Shown: piece by piece, positions 1 through 8,586 of the stretch
Layout: the number at the start of each line of letters is the position of its first letter
Position numbering within the stretch: the stretch's first letter is position 1
From: an uncultured Coriobacteriaceae bacterium
Lineage (GTDB): Bacteria > Actinomycetota > Coriobacteriia > Coriobacteriales > Atopobiaceae
Assembly (NCBI GenBank): GCA_902803315.1
Contig: CADCPM010000085.1
Span: 35-64,034, forward strand
DNA length: 64,000 bases
Direction of reading: 5' to 3'
Notes under the pieces: model-generated
Database searches by the model: none
What the model saw: the letters and a program-made list of their open reading frames with translations, nothing else
Told to the model about the DNA's origin: nothing
Program-made: the position numbers and the translations under genes

Positions 1-756
1 GCCGACTGCTACCTCATGGTGGACGGCGACGACACCTACCCGGCCGAGGCGGCGCCGGAGCTCGTGCGCCCCGTGCTGGCGGGCCGCGCCGACCACGTGG
101 TGGGCGACCGGCTCTCCAACGGTACCTACGGGGATCAGAACAAGCGGCAGTTCCACGGCTTCGGCAACGGGCTCGTGCGCTGGCTGATCCGCGCCCTCTA
201 CGGCTTCGACTACGCCGACGTGATGACGGGCTACCGTGCCATGAGCCGCCCGTTCTGCCGCACCTACCCCGTGCTCTCCCCGGGCTTCGCGCTGGAGACC
301 GAGCTCTCCATCCACGCGGTGGACAAGCGGTGGAGGATCGAGCAGGTGCCCATCGAGTACCGCGACCGGCCCGAGGGCTCGGAGTCCAAGCTCAATACGA
401 TATCGGACGGCCTCAAGGTGCTGCGCATGATCGCGAGCCTGTTCAAGGACTACCGCCCGCTGCCGTTCTTCCTGCTCTTCGCCGTCCTGTTCCTGGTGGT
501 CTGCCTGGCCCTGGGCCTGCCCGTGGTGGCCGAGTTCGGCAAGACCGGCCTGGTGGAGCGCTTCCCGACGGCCTTCCTCGCCATGGGCTTCGGCATCCTC
601 TCGGCCCTGTTCGTGGCCGTGGGGCTCGTACTCGACACCGAGGTGAAGGCGAGCCGGCGCGCCTGGGAGCTGGAGTGCGCCCGCGCCTTCGAGCAGGATC
701 GGGTGCTGAGGGCGCGGAGCCGCCGCGCCGACGTGCGGGCGGACGTGGAAGAATAG
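1..756 (+). CDS. Family 2 glycosyltransferase, 5'-truncated by the window edge. It is of the polyprenyl-phosphate sugar synthase (GtrB/DPM1-like) type with C-terminal TM helices.
   Basis: The frame is open from nt 1. Motifs seen: DxD region 'YLMVDGDDTY', 'DVMTGYRAMSRPF' and 'IEYRDRPEGSESKLNTISDGLKVL'. Two hydrophobic helices follow (PFFLLFAVLFLVVCLALGL and AFLAMGFGILSALFVAVGLVL). Stop at 754-756. Confidence 0.8.
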   Translation, partial: ADCYLMVDGDDTYPAEAAPELVRPVLAGRADHVVGDRLSNGTYGDQNKRQFHGFGNGLVRWLIRALYGFDYADVMTGYRAMSRPFCRTYPVLSPGFALETELSIHAVDKRWRIEQVPIEYRDRPEGSESKLNTISDGLKVLRMIASLFKDYRPLPFFLLFAVLFLVVCLALGLPVVAEFGKTGLVERFPTAFLAMGFGILSALFVAVGLVLDTEVKASRRAWELECARAFEQDRVLRARSRRADVRADVEE

Positions 757-764
757 GGTTTGCC

Positions 765-865
765 GTTCACATCCCCTCGCGCCCAGGATGCGGCCTGTAA
801 GCGGCGGCTCGCGAAACGGGCGCGGGGCCGCATGCGGTCCGGCGTTGGCGTGGGCATGGGGGTCG
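765..865 (+). repeat. Family-1 hairpin element, degenerate copy.
   Basis: The centre GCGGCGGCTCGCGAAACGGGCGCGG resembles the conserved core GCGGCGACTCACGAAGTGAGCGAGCG. It is flanked by GATGCGGCC / GGCCGCATGC and weaker outer complementarity. Confidence 0.4.
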
Positions 866-912
866 AGCGGCAACGAACGGAATAGCCAGTGCGAGAGAGT
901 GGTAGAGAAGGC

Positions 913-2586
913 ATGTCTTTTCTAACTATTGTCCAGTCAACCTTAAAACATAGCTGGGCTCGCGTCGTTGCGTGGCTTGTTACGACGTCGGCGTTGTGTG
1001 CCATACCGCTGGCCGCGGCCCTACTTTCTTCCGATGAAGCCCTCGCTCGTTTGGCGGGGGTGCATGCGGCCCTTGTGTTTGTGGGGGCATTCGTGGCGTG
1101 CCTGATTTTGTGTATTGTTGCCTTTGTCTGTTTGCGGTGCGTGGGTATCGTGCGGATTGCGTGGGCGAAGAAGCTGTTTGTGCCCACGTGGCTGGGCATT
1201 GGCATTCCCGCGTTGGTTATGCTTGTGTGCTGGCTGCCGTATTTGGTGGCGTTTGCCCCAGGTACCATGGGATGGGATACGGGGTTTCAGATCTCTCAAT
1301 GCTACCCAAACCACGGTCCGATTCTGAGTGTTCCTTGGAGTGCGACCAAAAGCTACGTGGACTGTATGTTCAGCGACCATCACCCTGTTTTTACCACGAT
1401 GGTATTTGGTCTCTTTGCGCTTGGGAGTGAGAAGCTCACCGGCTCTTGGAATATGGGTCTTACGATATATATTGCGCTGCAAGCCATCGCAATGAGCTTG
1501 TCGTTCTCGCTGCTGTGCATGTATATGCGCAGGATTGGGTGCCCCGCCTTGCTGTGCCTGGTTGCGCTTTGCTTCTTCTGTCTGTTGCCGCCCTTTGCCA
1601 TAAACGCGGCGACGGTCATAAAGGACACGCTCTTTTCGTGGGTCTTCGTGCTGTACTTCATTCTTATATGCGAGGTGGCGCGAACGCATGGGTTGGCGTT
1701 GGAGTCGAATCGCTTCCTCATCGCGCTCGTCGTTGCCACCGCTCTGATGTGCCTCACAAAGAAAACCGGATTGTATATAGTGTTGCCCACGGCGGTGATC
1801 TTTTGCATAGCGCTTCGTTCAAATGTGCTACGGATGCTCGCCCCCGCGATTGCGGCAGCCGTGCTTATGGTAATCGTTCTTCCAAGAGTGATATTTCCCC
1901 TCATAAACGCTATTCCAGGGGGGAAGCAAGAGATGTTGGGGACTCCCTTGCAACAAACGGCGCTCGTCGTCTTGCGTCATGGTGAGGAGTTGCCTGCCGA
2001 GGAGCGGGCGGCAATAGATGCCGTTGTGGACTACGGCAAGATTGGCGAGGCATATGACCCCACCTCCGTAGACCCGGTTAAGTTCTTGTATCGCTGGGAC
2101 AGTGCAACGAATGAGGATGTGCTGAGGTATGTGGGCACATGGGTGTCAGAGGGCACACGTTACCCCGGAGCCTATGTGAGAGCGGCTTGGGATCTGCTGC
2201 AACCGTTCTTCGACCCGTCGGCGCGCATGACGCTATACACGAGCGCTGGGGGGACCAAGGACAATGGTGACAAAACTTACTTTTTTGAGGCAACTCAGAG
2301 CCTGCGCGAGGCATTGTTGAAGTGCTACAGCGTTCTTTTGGAGCTGCCGGGAATCGGCTTCTTGTACAGCAATGCTCTCTACGCATGGGTCATTCCCGTA
2401 GCGGCTTTTATGAGCGTGTTGTTTTTCGATCGGAAGGCGGAGCTGATGCTCCCCTTTGTTCCCGTGGCGCTGGTAGTGCTCTCCGTCTTGTTGTCACCTG
2501 CGGCCTTGAGCAGGTATCTCTTCCCGCTTTTGTATACGGCGCCGCTGTTGGTGGGAGTTTCCCAGCGGGCAATCGCAAAGGAGTGA
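913..2586 (+). CDS. Large polytopic membrane protein, putative GT-C-like extracytoplasmic glycosyltransferase or polymerase (DUF6020-like; family assigned from memory).
   Basis: ORF 889..2586; the ATG at 913 is preceded by GAGAAGG. It has many TM segments. The loop motif 'LQQTALVVLRHGEELPAEERAAIDAVVDYGKIGEAYDPTSVDPVKF' is shared with the next gene. Confidence 0.65.
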   Translation: MSFLTIVQSTLKHSWARVVAWLVTTSALCAIPLAAALLSSDEALARLAGVHAALVFVGAFVACLILCIVAFVCLRCVGIVRIAWAKKLFVPTWLGIGIPALVMLVCWLPYLVAFAPGTMGWDTGFQISQCYPNHGPILSVPWSATKSYVDCMFSDHHPVFTTMVFGLFALGSEKLTGSWNMGLTIYIALQAIAMSLSFSLLCMYMRRIGCPALLCLVALCFFCLLPPFAINAATVIKDTLFSWVFVLYFILICEVARTHGLALESNRFLIALVVATALMCLTKKTGLYIVLPTAVIFCIALRSNVLRMLAPAIAAAVLMVIVLPRVIFPLINAIPGGKQEMLGTPLQQTALVVLRHGEELPAEERAAIDAVVDYGKIGEAYDPTSVDPVKFLYRWDSATNEDVLRYVGTWVSEGTRYPGAYVRAAWDLLQPFFDPSARMTLYTSAGGTKDNGDKTYFFEATQSLREALLKCYSVLLELPGIGFLYSNALYAWVIPVAAFMSVLFFDRKAELMLPFVPVALVVLSVLLSPAALSRYLFPLLYTAPLLVGVSQRAIAKE

Positions 2587-4475
2587 CTTTGTCGGCTTTG
2601 TCATATTATCGATTGAGCAGGGCGTGTCGTGCGGTAGTTTGCGTCCTGTGTGGAATTTTGGCCGTTGGTTCATTCCTTCTGTGCACGGTGGCACACGACT
2701 TCCCGTGGATTGACGAGGCGTATACCTTGCTAGACGGCTATGGGGTCGAACCCGCAGCACTTGCATTTGCGTTTGCATACGCGCTTTATCGGCTGATGTC
2801 GAAGCCTCGCGTGGAGCTCGCCAACACGCGCACGAGAGCATTGCTCGCCATAGCTTCCCTTGTCTTCGGCGTTTTGAACGTATGCGGCTGTAACATGGCA
2901 TATCTGGATTCCCTCATGATTTTTCACGGGACGTTTTGGACGCTCGTATTTTTGACGTGCATTGTTGGGTATGCGCTGCTGTTTCTTGTCGGCGCATCGT
3001 GGGGGCTTGTGTTGATGGCACGCTTTGGCTCGAGGGATGCCAAACCACAACCTGTGACGCCGAAGGTCTACCTGCTATGCGCGGCGGCGATTCTGCTCTG
3101 CTGGCTGCCGTGGCTCATCAGCTATTACCCCGCAACGGCCGACTTCGATTCCATGCGGCAAATCTGCACTGCCCTGGGAATCTTTCCCTTGAGCAATCAT
3201 GATCCGATTCTCTCGTCTTTGGCGATTGGCTCGGTTTTCAAATTGGGCAGCTCGATCGCGGGCGATAACTTCGGGCTGTTTCTCTTCGTGTTCCTGCGTG
3301 CAATAGCCATGGCGCTTATATACGCATATTGCATTGCGACGTTACACAGGCTGGGAGTGGGCAAGACGGCCGGCCTGCTCGTAATGCTGTTCTATGCGCT
3401 TACGCCGGTATGGGGTGCGTATGCGAAGCAGCCTTTCAAGGACACCTTTTCTGCCGCTCTGTTCTGCCTGTTCGCGGTACGTACAGTTCTTCTCGTGGCA
3501 GACATGAGAAAGGGCGAGGCACAGTTTCGGTCGTACGCGCTCTTTGCTGCCTCGGGGCTGCTCGTGTCGCTGTTTAGGCACAACTACTTCTATGTGTTTG
3601 TCTTTGCGGCCATTGTGGCTTCGGTTTCGCTCATACGTTACAAGGCGCCCGTGCCGGGCATTCCTGTACTTACGACCTGTGTGGTTATCTACGTGCTGTT
3701 CAATGCGTTTGTGGTAAACGTTTTGGGGGCCGAGTCTGGGCGTCCTGCCGAGGCGTTGGCGATTCCTTTGCAACAGACGGCGCGTACGGTGCGTGACCAT
3801 GGCACAAGCATGTCGGAAGAGGAGAGGGACGGCATACAAAGGCTGTTGGATTTCGACGCGCTCGGCAAAGTGTATGACCCCGTAATATCCGATCCTGTGA
3901 AGAACACGATTCCCAATACGGTTACCACGCAGGACTATCTCGCGTATCTTTGCTCTTGGTTTGCGCAGGGTCCGCGCTACCTGAAATCGTACGCGGAGGC
4001 GTTCTTTGCCGGAACGTACGGGTACTACGCCTTTACCGACGATGGATATCCCTCGGGCGGTAAGGGGAACTGCGGCATGGTTATTATTTCGGGCATCAAT
4101 ACGACTAACGAGACTTTTAACGAGACCTTTGACTTTAGCTACGTCGAAGGCCTGCATGGTCCGCGAGTGCTTTTGAAAACCTACTCTAACTGGTGGCACC
4201 GCACGCCTATCCTCAGCCTTACCGACACCATTGCTGCCTATACGTGGCTCATCGTAATCGTATGGCTCTACGTTGGGATGAGACGAAAGGGCCTTTGGGG
4301 TGCCGTGCCTGCTATGCTGCTCGTTGCGGTGCTTACCTGCGTTGCGTCGCCGGTGAATGGCAGCTTTAGGTATTTTGTGCCCATTGCCGCCGCTTCGCCA
4401 ACCTTGCTAGCGGTTGTTGTGCAAGCGACCGGCTGTAGTTCTGATGGCCCGCGTGAGGAAGGTAATGCCGCATGA
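2583..4475 (+). CDS. Paralogous large polytopic membrane protein (GT-C-like, DUF6020-like).
   Basis: ORF 2322..4475 overlaps the upstream gene. GTG 2583 overlaps that gene's TGA (GTGA), and an alternative TTG at 2589 lies 5 nt after AAGGAG. The paralogous motif is 'LQQTARTVRDHGTSMSEEERDGIQRLLDFDALGKVYDPVISDPVKN'. It has more than 10 TM segments. Confidence 0.65.
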   Translation: MTLSALSYYRLSRACRAVVCVLCGILAVGSFLLCTVAHDFPWIDEAYTLLDGYGVEPAALAFAFAYALYRLMSKPRVELANTRTRALLAIASLVFGVLNVCGCNMAYLDSLMIFHGTFWTLVFLTCIVGYALLFLVGASWGLVLMARFGSRDAKPQPVTPKVYLLCAAAILLCWLPWLISYYPATADFDSMRQICTALGIFPLSNHDPILSSLAIGSVFKLGSSIAGDNFGLFLFVFLRAIAMALIYAYCIATLHRLGVGKTAGLLVMLFYALTPVWGAYAKQPFKDTFSAALFCLFAVRTVLLVADMRKGEAQFRSYALFAASGLLVSLFRHNYFYVFVFAAIVASVSLIRYKAPVPGIPVLTTCVVIYVLFNAFVVNVLGAESGRPAEALAIPLQQTARTVRDHGTSMSEEERDGIQRLLDFDALGKVYDPVISDPVKNTIPNTVTTQDYLAYLCSWFAQGPRYLKSYAEAFFAGTYGYYAFTDDGYPSGGKGNCGMVIISGINTTNETFNETFDFSYVEGLHGPRVLLKTYSNWWHRTPILSLTDTIAAYTWLIVIVWLYVGMRRKGLWGAVPAMLLVAVLTCVASPVNGSFRYFVPIAAASPTLLAVVVQATGCSSDGPREEGNAA

Positions 4476-5673
4476 CGATTCAAGACATTTGGTCTCGGCT
4501 GCCCATTAGATCCCTTGCGAGAAATGCGCTGTTGCTGGTATGTGGGGTTCTCGTTGGCGTCCTGCTCTTGGTTTGTTCGTATGCGTTGCCCACAGGTCCC
4601 ATGCGCGAACACGTACTTCTTGAGGTTGACGACATCTGCTCTTCGAAGGAGGCGTTGCCCGGGCGTGCCAATGCGGGAAACGATGCAACCGACATGCAGA
4701 TGTTGGCCATTGCCGCCTCTGAGCTGCCAGAGGGCGAAGGGCTCCTAAAATGCGCAATGATGGCCCCTATCTCGTTCCTGCAGACCCTAACGTAACAATG
4801 ACGCAGGAGCAGATCCTGCGCGCCACCGTAGATCCCGAGGTGGAAGGGCGCTACGAGACCTATCCGCGCTATTGGCACGGCTACCTTGCGCTCCTTAAGC
4901 CGCAGCTGCTCGTGATGGACTACTACTCAATTCTAATGCTCAACGGCATGGCGTTGCTGTGCCTGCTCATTGCGTTCGTGGTGCTGCTCTTTCGTCACGA
5001 CCTGGGCCGGTTTTCGCCCGCATTCGTCCTTGCCTTTTTGTTGGGGTCGCCCGTTACCGTATCGCTCAACATGCAATACTACTCATGCGCGTACATAACG
5101 CTTCTGGCGCTCATTGCCTTGTTGGTGCTTTACGAGCGTGTGAAGTCAATGGACAAGGGCATGTTTGGCAGCATTTTCCTGCTTGTTGGCATGGTTACAA
5201 ATTACGTTGATTTTCTTACGTATCCCATTATGACGTTGGGGATGCCGCTTGCGCTCCTAGCGGTTCTTCAAAGAGACTCAAACCGATCGCTCGGGTCGTA
5301 TGTGGCAAATGCCTTGTGGTGGCTTGTCGGATACGGTGGCATGTGGGCCGCAAAGTGGGGCCTGAGCGCGCTCGTGCTTGGTCCCCAAACGTTGCAGGAG
5401 GTCGTCAACCAGGTAATTGTTCGAAGCTCGTCACAGGCGGCAACGGGCATTGGGGATATGAAGACGGAGCAGGCCGGAAGTCTGTCGTATTATGACGCTC
5501 TCTATGGATGTTGGGCCAGAATCGTTGGGGCAACGGCCCTACGCGTTCTGATTGGTCTGTTTGCCTTGGTAAACGTCGTGTATGTTCGGGCATACAAAGA
5601 CGGGAGAATGAATAAGGTTCCGGTTGGGCCGGTGCTTGCGCTTGTTTTTGCGGCCTTGTTGCCGTTTTTGTGA
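4472..5673 (+). pseudogene. Polytopic membrane protein gene split by a 1-nt frameshift. It is a paralogue of 7268..8584.
   Basis: ORFs 4472..4795 (frame 2) and 4750..5673 (frame 1) together align colinearly with the intact 438-aa paralogue. The alignment pairs '..KCAMMAP|YLVPAD..YPRYWHGYLALL' with '..GAVMCPYYRMPE..YFRYWHGYLSVL'. The frame switch maps to the C4 run at 4764-4767. The ATG at 4472 overlaps the upstream TGA (ATGA). Confidence 0.7.
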
Positions 5674-5800
5674 GTGTTCGTCTTGAAGAACCACACGTAC
5701 ATGTACTCCTACTTTGTCTACAGGATTTTTTTGGTAACAATTGCCGCGTTCGGTTGCATACCGCCCCTGCTGGTAAAAGATAGGAGCGCCACCGTCCGTG

Positions 5801-5883
5801 CCCCCGCGCCCGCCCCTCAAGCGGCGACTCACGAAGTGAGCGAGCGAAGCGAGCGCGGAGCCGTATGAGGGTTTGCGTGGGTA
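5801..5883 (+). repeat. Family-1 hairpin element (conserved core, imperfect arms).
   Basis: Core GCGGCGACTCACGAAGTGAGCGAGCGAAGCGAGCGCGGAGCCG at 5821-5863. Left arm CCCGCGCCCGCCCCTCAAGCGG and right arm CCGTATGAGGGTTTGCGTGGG are partly complementary. Confidence 0.75.
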
Positions 5884-5923
5884 TGGATGGCAACCTATGG
5901 ATGGCAACCTATGGATGGCAACT
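5882..5923 (+). repeat. Three tandem copies of the 14-bp unit TATGGATGGCAACC.
   Basis: Units at 5882-5895 and 5896-5909 are identical. The unit at 5910-5923 ends ..AACT. The array abuts the family-1 element at 5801-5883 and lies about 120 nt upstream of tyrS. Confidence 0.9.
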
Positions 5924-6043
5924 CGCAATTAACTCTATGCAGTCCAAAATGATGGAAATTGCGCGGACGCATCTGCTACCATGTAGCGTGCGCAATGGCC
6001 TAGGGCTAGTCGCGGAGGCATCGAAATACAGGAGGGCAGAGCG

Positions 6044-7261
6044 TTGCTGCCAGTTGACGAACAGTTGAAGGTCATTACTTCCGGCACCATGCAGATCGTG
6101 CCGTTGGACGAGTTGAAGAAAAAGCTCGAGAAGGGTACGCCGCTCAACATAAAGCTGGGCGTGGATCCCACCAGCCCGGATTTGCACTTGGGCCACGCAG
6201 TGCCGCTGCGCAAGATGCGCCAGTTCCAAGACTTGGGGCATCGGGTTACCCTCATTATTGGAAATGGCACGGCGCTCATTGGCGACCCGTCGGGACGCGA
6301 CAGCACCCGTCCGCCTCTTACCGAGGAGCAGGTGGAGGCCAATGCGAAGACCTACGTGGAGCAAGCTATAAAGGTGCTTGATCCAGAGAAGACCACCATC
6401 GTGTACAACGGCGAATGGCTCAAGCCGCTCGATTTGCAGAAGATGCTGCACCTTATGTCGCAGTTCAATGTGGCGCGCATTCTGGAGCGCGAGGACTTCC
6501 ATAATCGTTATAGCAATCAGCAATCCATTGCCCTGCACGAGTTTATCTATCCCGTGTTGCAGGCCTATGACTCCGTGGTTATTAATGCCGACCTAGAGAT
6601 GGGTGGAAACGACCAGATCTTCAATTTGCTGGCTGGGCGTGACCTCATGCGCGCAGAGGGCATGGAGCCGCAGGTTGCGCTTACCGTTCCGCTGCTCGTG
6701 GGCCTGGACGGCCACAAGAAGATGAGCAAGAGCTATGGCAACTACGTGGGCTTGACCGATGAGCCTAACGATATGTTTGGCAAGCTCATGAGCATCGCGG
6801 ACGAAATCGTGCCCCTGTACTTCCGTCTGTGCTCCACGCTTACCATCGACGAGATCGATGCCATTGAGGCTGAGTTTAAGGCGGGCACGGCAGATCCGTA
6901 TGCTCGCAAGCGCCAACTCGCGCGCAACATCGTTGATCTTTATCACGGTGAGGGTGCCGGGCAGGCGGCGCAGGATGCCTTTGACGCGCAGTTCAAGCGT
7001 GCGGAGATCCCCGACAATATTCCCGAGTATCCCGTGGACAGCCTTACCGTTAACGATCAGGGCAAGATCTACCTCGCCAAGCTTATGGCAGATGCCAAGC
7101 TTGCAGGTTCGGTGGGCGAGGCCCGCCGCTTCATCGATGGCGGAGGCGTGAAGATCAACGGAGAGGCTGTGGCCGCAAAGGCATACAACGTAGAACCCAA
7201 GCTTCTTGTTCCAGGTACGGTGATTCAGCACGGCAAACGCAAGTTCGTACGTCTGGTGTAG
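6044..7261 (+). CDS. tyrS: Tyrosyl-tRNA synthetase.
   Basis: Class I HIGH motif 'PDLHLGHAVPL', KMSKS motif 'KKMSKSYGN', and a C-terminal S4-like domain 'GEARRFIDGGGVKINGE'. TTG start at 6044, 8 nt after AGGAGG. Confidence 0.95.
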   Translation: MLPVDEQLKVITSGTMQIVPLDELKKKLEKGTPLNIKLGVDPTSPDLHLGHAVPLRKMRQFQDLGHRVTLIIGNGTALIGDPSGRDSTRPPLTEEQVEANAKTYVEQAIKVLDPEKTTIVYNGEWLKPLDLQKMLHLMSQFNVARILEREDFHNRYSNQQSIALHEFIYPVLQAYDSVVINADLEMGGNDQIFNLLAGRDLMRAEGMEPQVALTVPLLVGLDGHKKMSKSYGNYVGLTDEPNDMFGKLMSIADEIVPLYFRLCSTLTIDEIDAIEAEFKAGTADPYARKRQLARNIVDLYHGEGAGQAAQDAFDAQFKRAEIPDNIPEYPVDSLTVNDQGKIYLAKLMADAKLAGSVGEARRFIDGGGVKINGEAVAAKAYNVEPKLLVPGTVIQHGKRKFVRLV

Positions 7262-7267
7262 AACATC

Positions 7268-8584
7268 GTGCAAAGGGAAGCGCTGCTACGTAGTTTGGGC
7301 AAATACGCGAAAGCATACGTTTTGTGCGTGGGCATCTTTAGCCTGCTCATGGTGCTTGTGTCGCTTGTCCCCAAAAACGCCATTCGTCCACAGGTGGAGG
7401 AGTCGATTCCAGTCCTTACCGAGGAGGGAGACCGTCCCGCCGCTTGGCCCACTATGCACGAGACGCCAGATGCCTTGGACTCCTTTACCACGAGTCTCTC
7501 CCTCAATATAGCCATGCATGTGGCGGGCAACCCGCTGCGGGGGGCCGTTATGTGCCCGTACTACCGCATGCCCGAGCAGTCGATGGCGGACGCGTTAAGC
7601 GAGGGCTTGGACAAAGAGGCGCAGATTCCCTATTTCCGCTACTGGCATGGGTATCTTTCCGTCCTGGTTCCGCTTCTTACGCTGTTTAACATTGCGCAGA
7701 TTCGTAAGGTATTCCTCCTTGCCGCAATGCTGTTGTCTGTGGCGGTTGCCGCGCTGCTTGGACGCAAAACGCACCTTGGTGCAGCTTTAGCATGGGGTGC
7801 TGCCTTGCTTTTTTCCAACATCTGGATCGTGACGGAATCCACGGCGCAGTTCTTCTGCTATCTCGCCGCCCTTGTGGCCACGATTTATGTGGCTGTTAAG
7901 AGTACGGAGGATAAGCCGTTGGGCGAAGATGTTACGGGGGTATTCTTCTTTGCGGTGGGGGCGTCCACGGTTTTTCTGGACTTTCTTGACACGCCCGCCG
8001 TTTCGCTCGGTTTGCCCCTTGCCACCTATGTGGTGCTAAGAAAGCGCAGCGTTTTGGAAGATCCCTTTGCCCAGACGTTGGGGCGCCTTTTGATCTTGGC
8101 GCTTTCGTGGGCTGCAGGATACACTCTGCTGTGGGCAACCAAATGGCTTATTGGAATCGTGGTGCTTGGTGGTGTTGCGGCAGAAGACCTGCGGTTCGTA
8201 TTCGGCCTACGCACTTCGAGTCAAACGACGGACGGGGAGTCGGTAGGCCGAATTGAAGTGATTCGTCGTAACGTTGCACAGATGTTCTCTGGCTGGATGG
8301 TCGCATGCGCAAAAGTGCTTGGCGTTGCCTGGGTTGCGATTACGTGCTTCTTCCATAAGCGTGCCTGGTACAAGCTTTGCATAGTCCTTGTTGCCATAGC
8401 TGCAATTCCTGTCCTGTGGTATCTTGCGATGCCCAACCATGCTGCCGACCACACGTTCTTTACCTATCGCAATCTGTGCATAAGCATATACGCTCTTGGG
8501 CTTATGGCATGCTTCGTTACCGATTGGGGAGCGTTGCGATCGCGCATTGCACAGTTGCTGCCGGCGCGCACGCGAAGGGACTAA
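7268..8584 (+). CDS. Polytopic membrane protein of an uncharacterised family, the intact paralogue of 4472..5673. Possibly a glycopolymer polymerase, ligase or GT-C.
   Basis: 438-aa ORF with a GTG start 7 nt after the tyrS stop. It has an N-terminal TM, then an extracytoplasmic loop ending in 'YFRYWHGYLSVL', then about 9 TM segments. Confidence 0.65.
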   Translation: MQREALLRSLGKYAKAYVLCVGIFSLLMVLVSLVPKNAIRPQVEESIPVLTEEGDRPAAWPTMHETPDALDSFTTSLSLNIAMHVAGNPLRGAVMCPYYRMPEQSMADALSEGLDKEAQIPYFRYWHGYLSVLVPLLTLFNIAQIRKVFLLAAMLLSVAVAALLGRKTHLGAALAWGAALLFSNIWIVTESTAQFFCYLAALVATIYVAVKSTEDKPLGEDVTGVFFFAVGASTVFLDFLDTPAVSLGLPLATYVVLRKRSVLEDPFAQTLGRLLILALSWAAGYTLLWATKWLIGIVVLGGVAAEDLRFVFGLRTSSQTTDGESVGRIEVIRRNVAQMFSGWMVACAKVLGVAWVAITCFFHKRAWYKLCIVLVAIAAIPVLWYLAMPNHAADHTFFTYRNLCISIYALGLMACFVTDWGALRSRIAQLLPARTRRD

Positions 8585-8586
8585 GT

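Noticed and set aside
5924-6043. T-box leader upstream of tyrS.
   Set aside because: Only about 120 nt are available. I found no specifier-loop/AGAGA/GNUGGNA-type elements and no conserved T-box sequence with a terminator/antiterminator pair. Only one ordinary hairpin is present (about 5955-5997).
8377-8586. Upstream extension of the U32 gene ORF.
   Set aside because: It overlaps the 3' end of the membrane-protein gene 7268..8584 in another frame. The conserved U32 N-terminus begins at ATG 8587.
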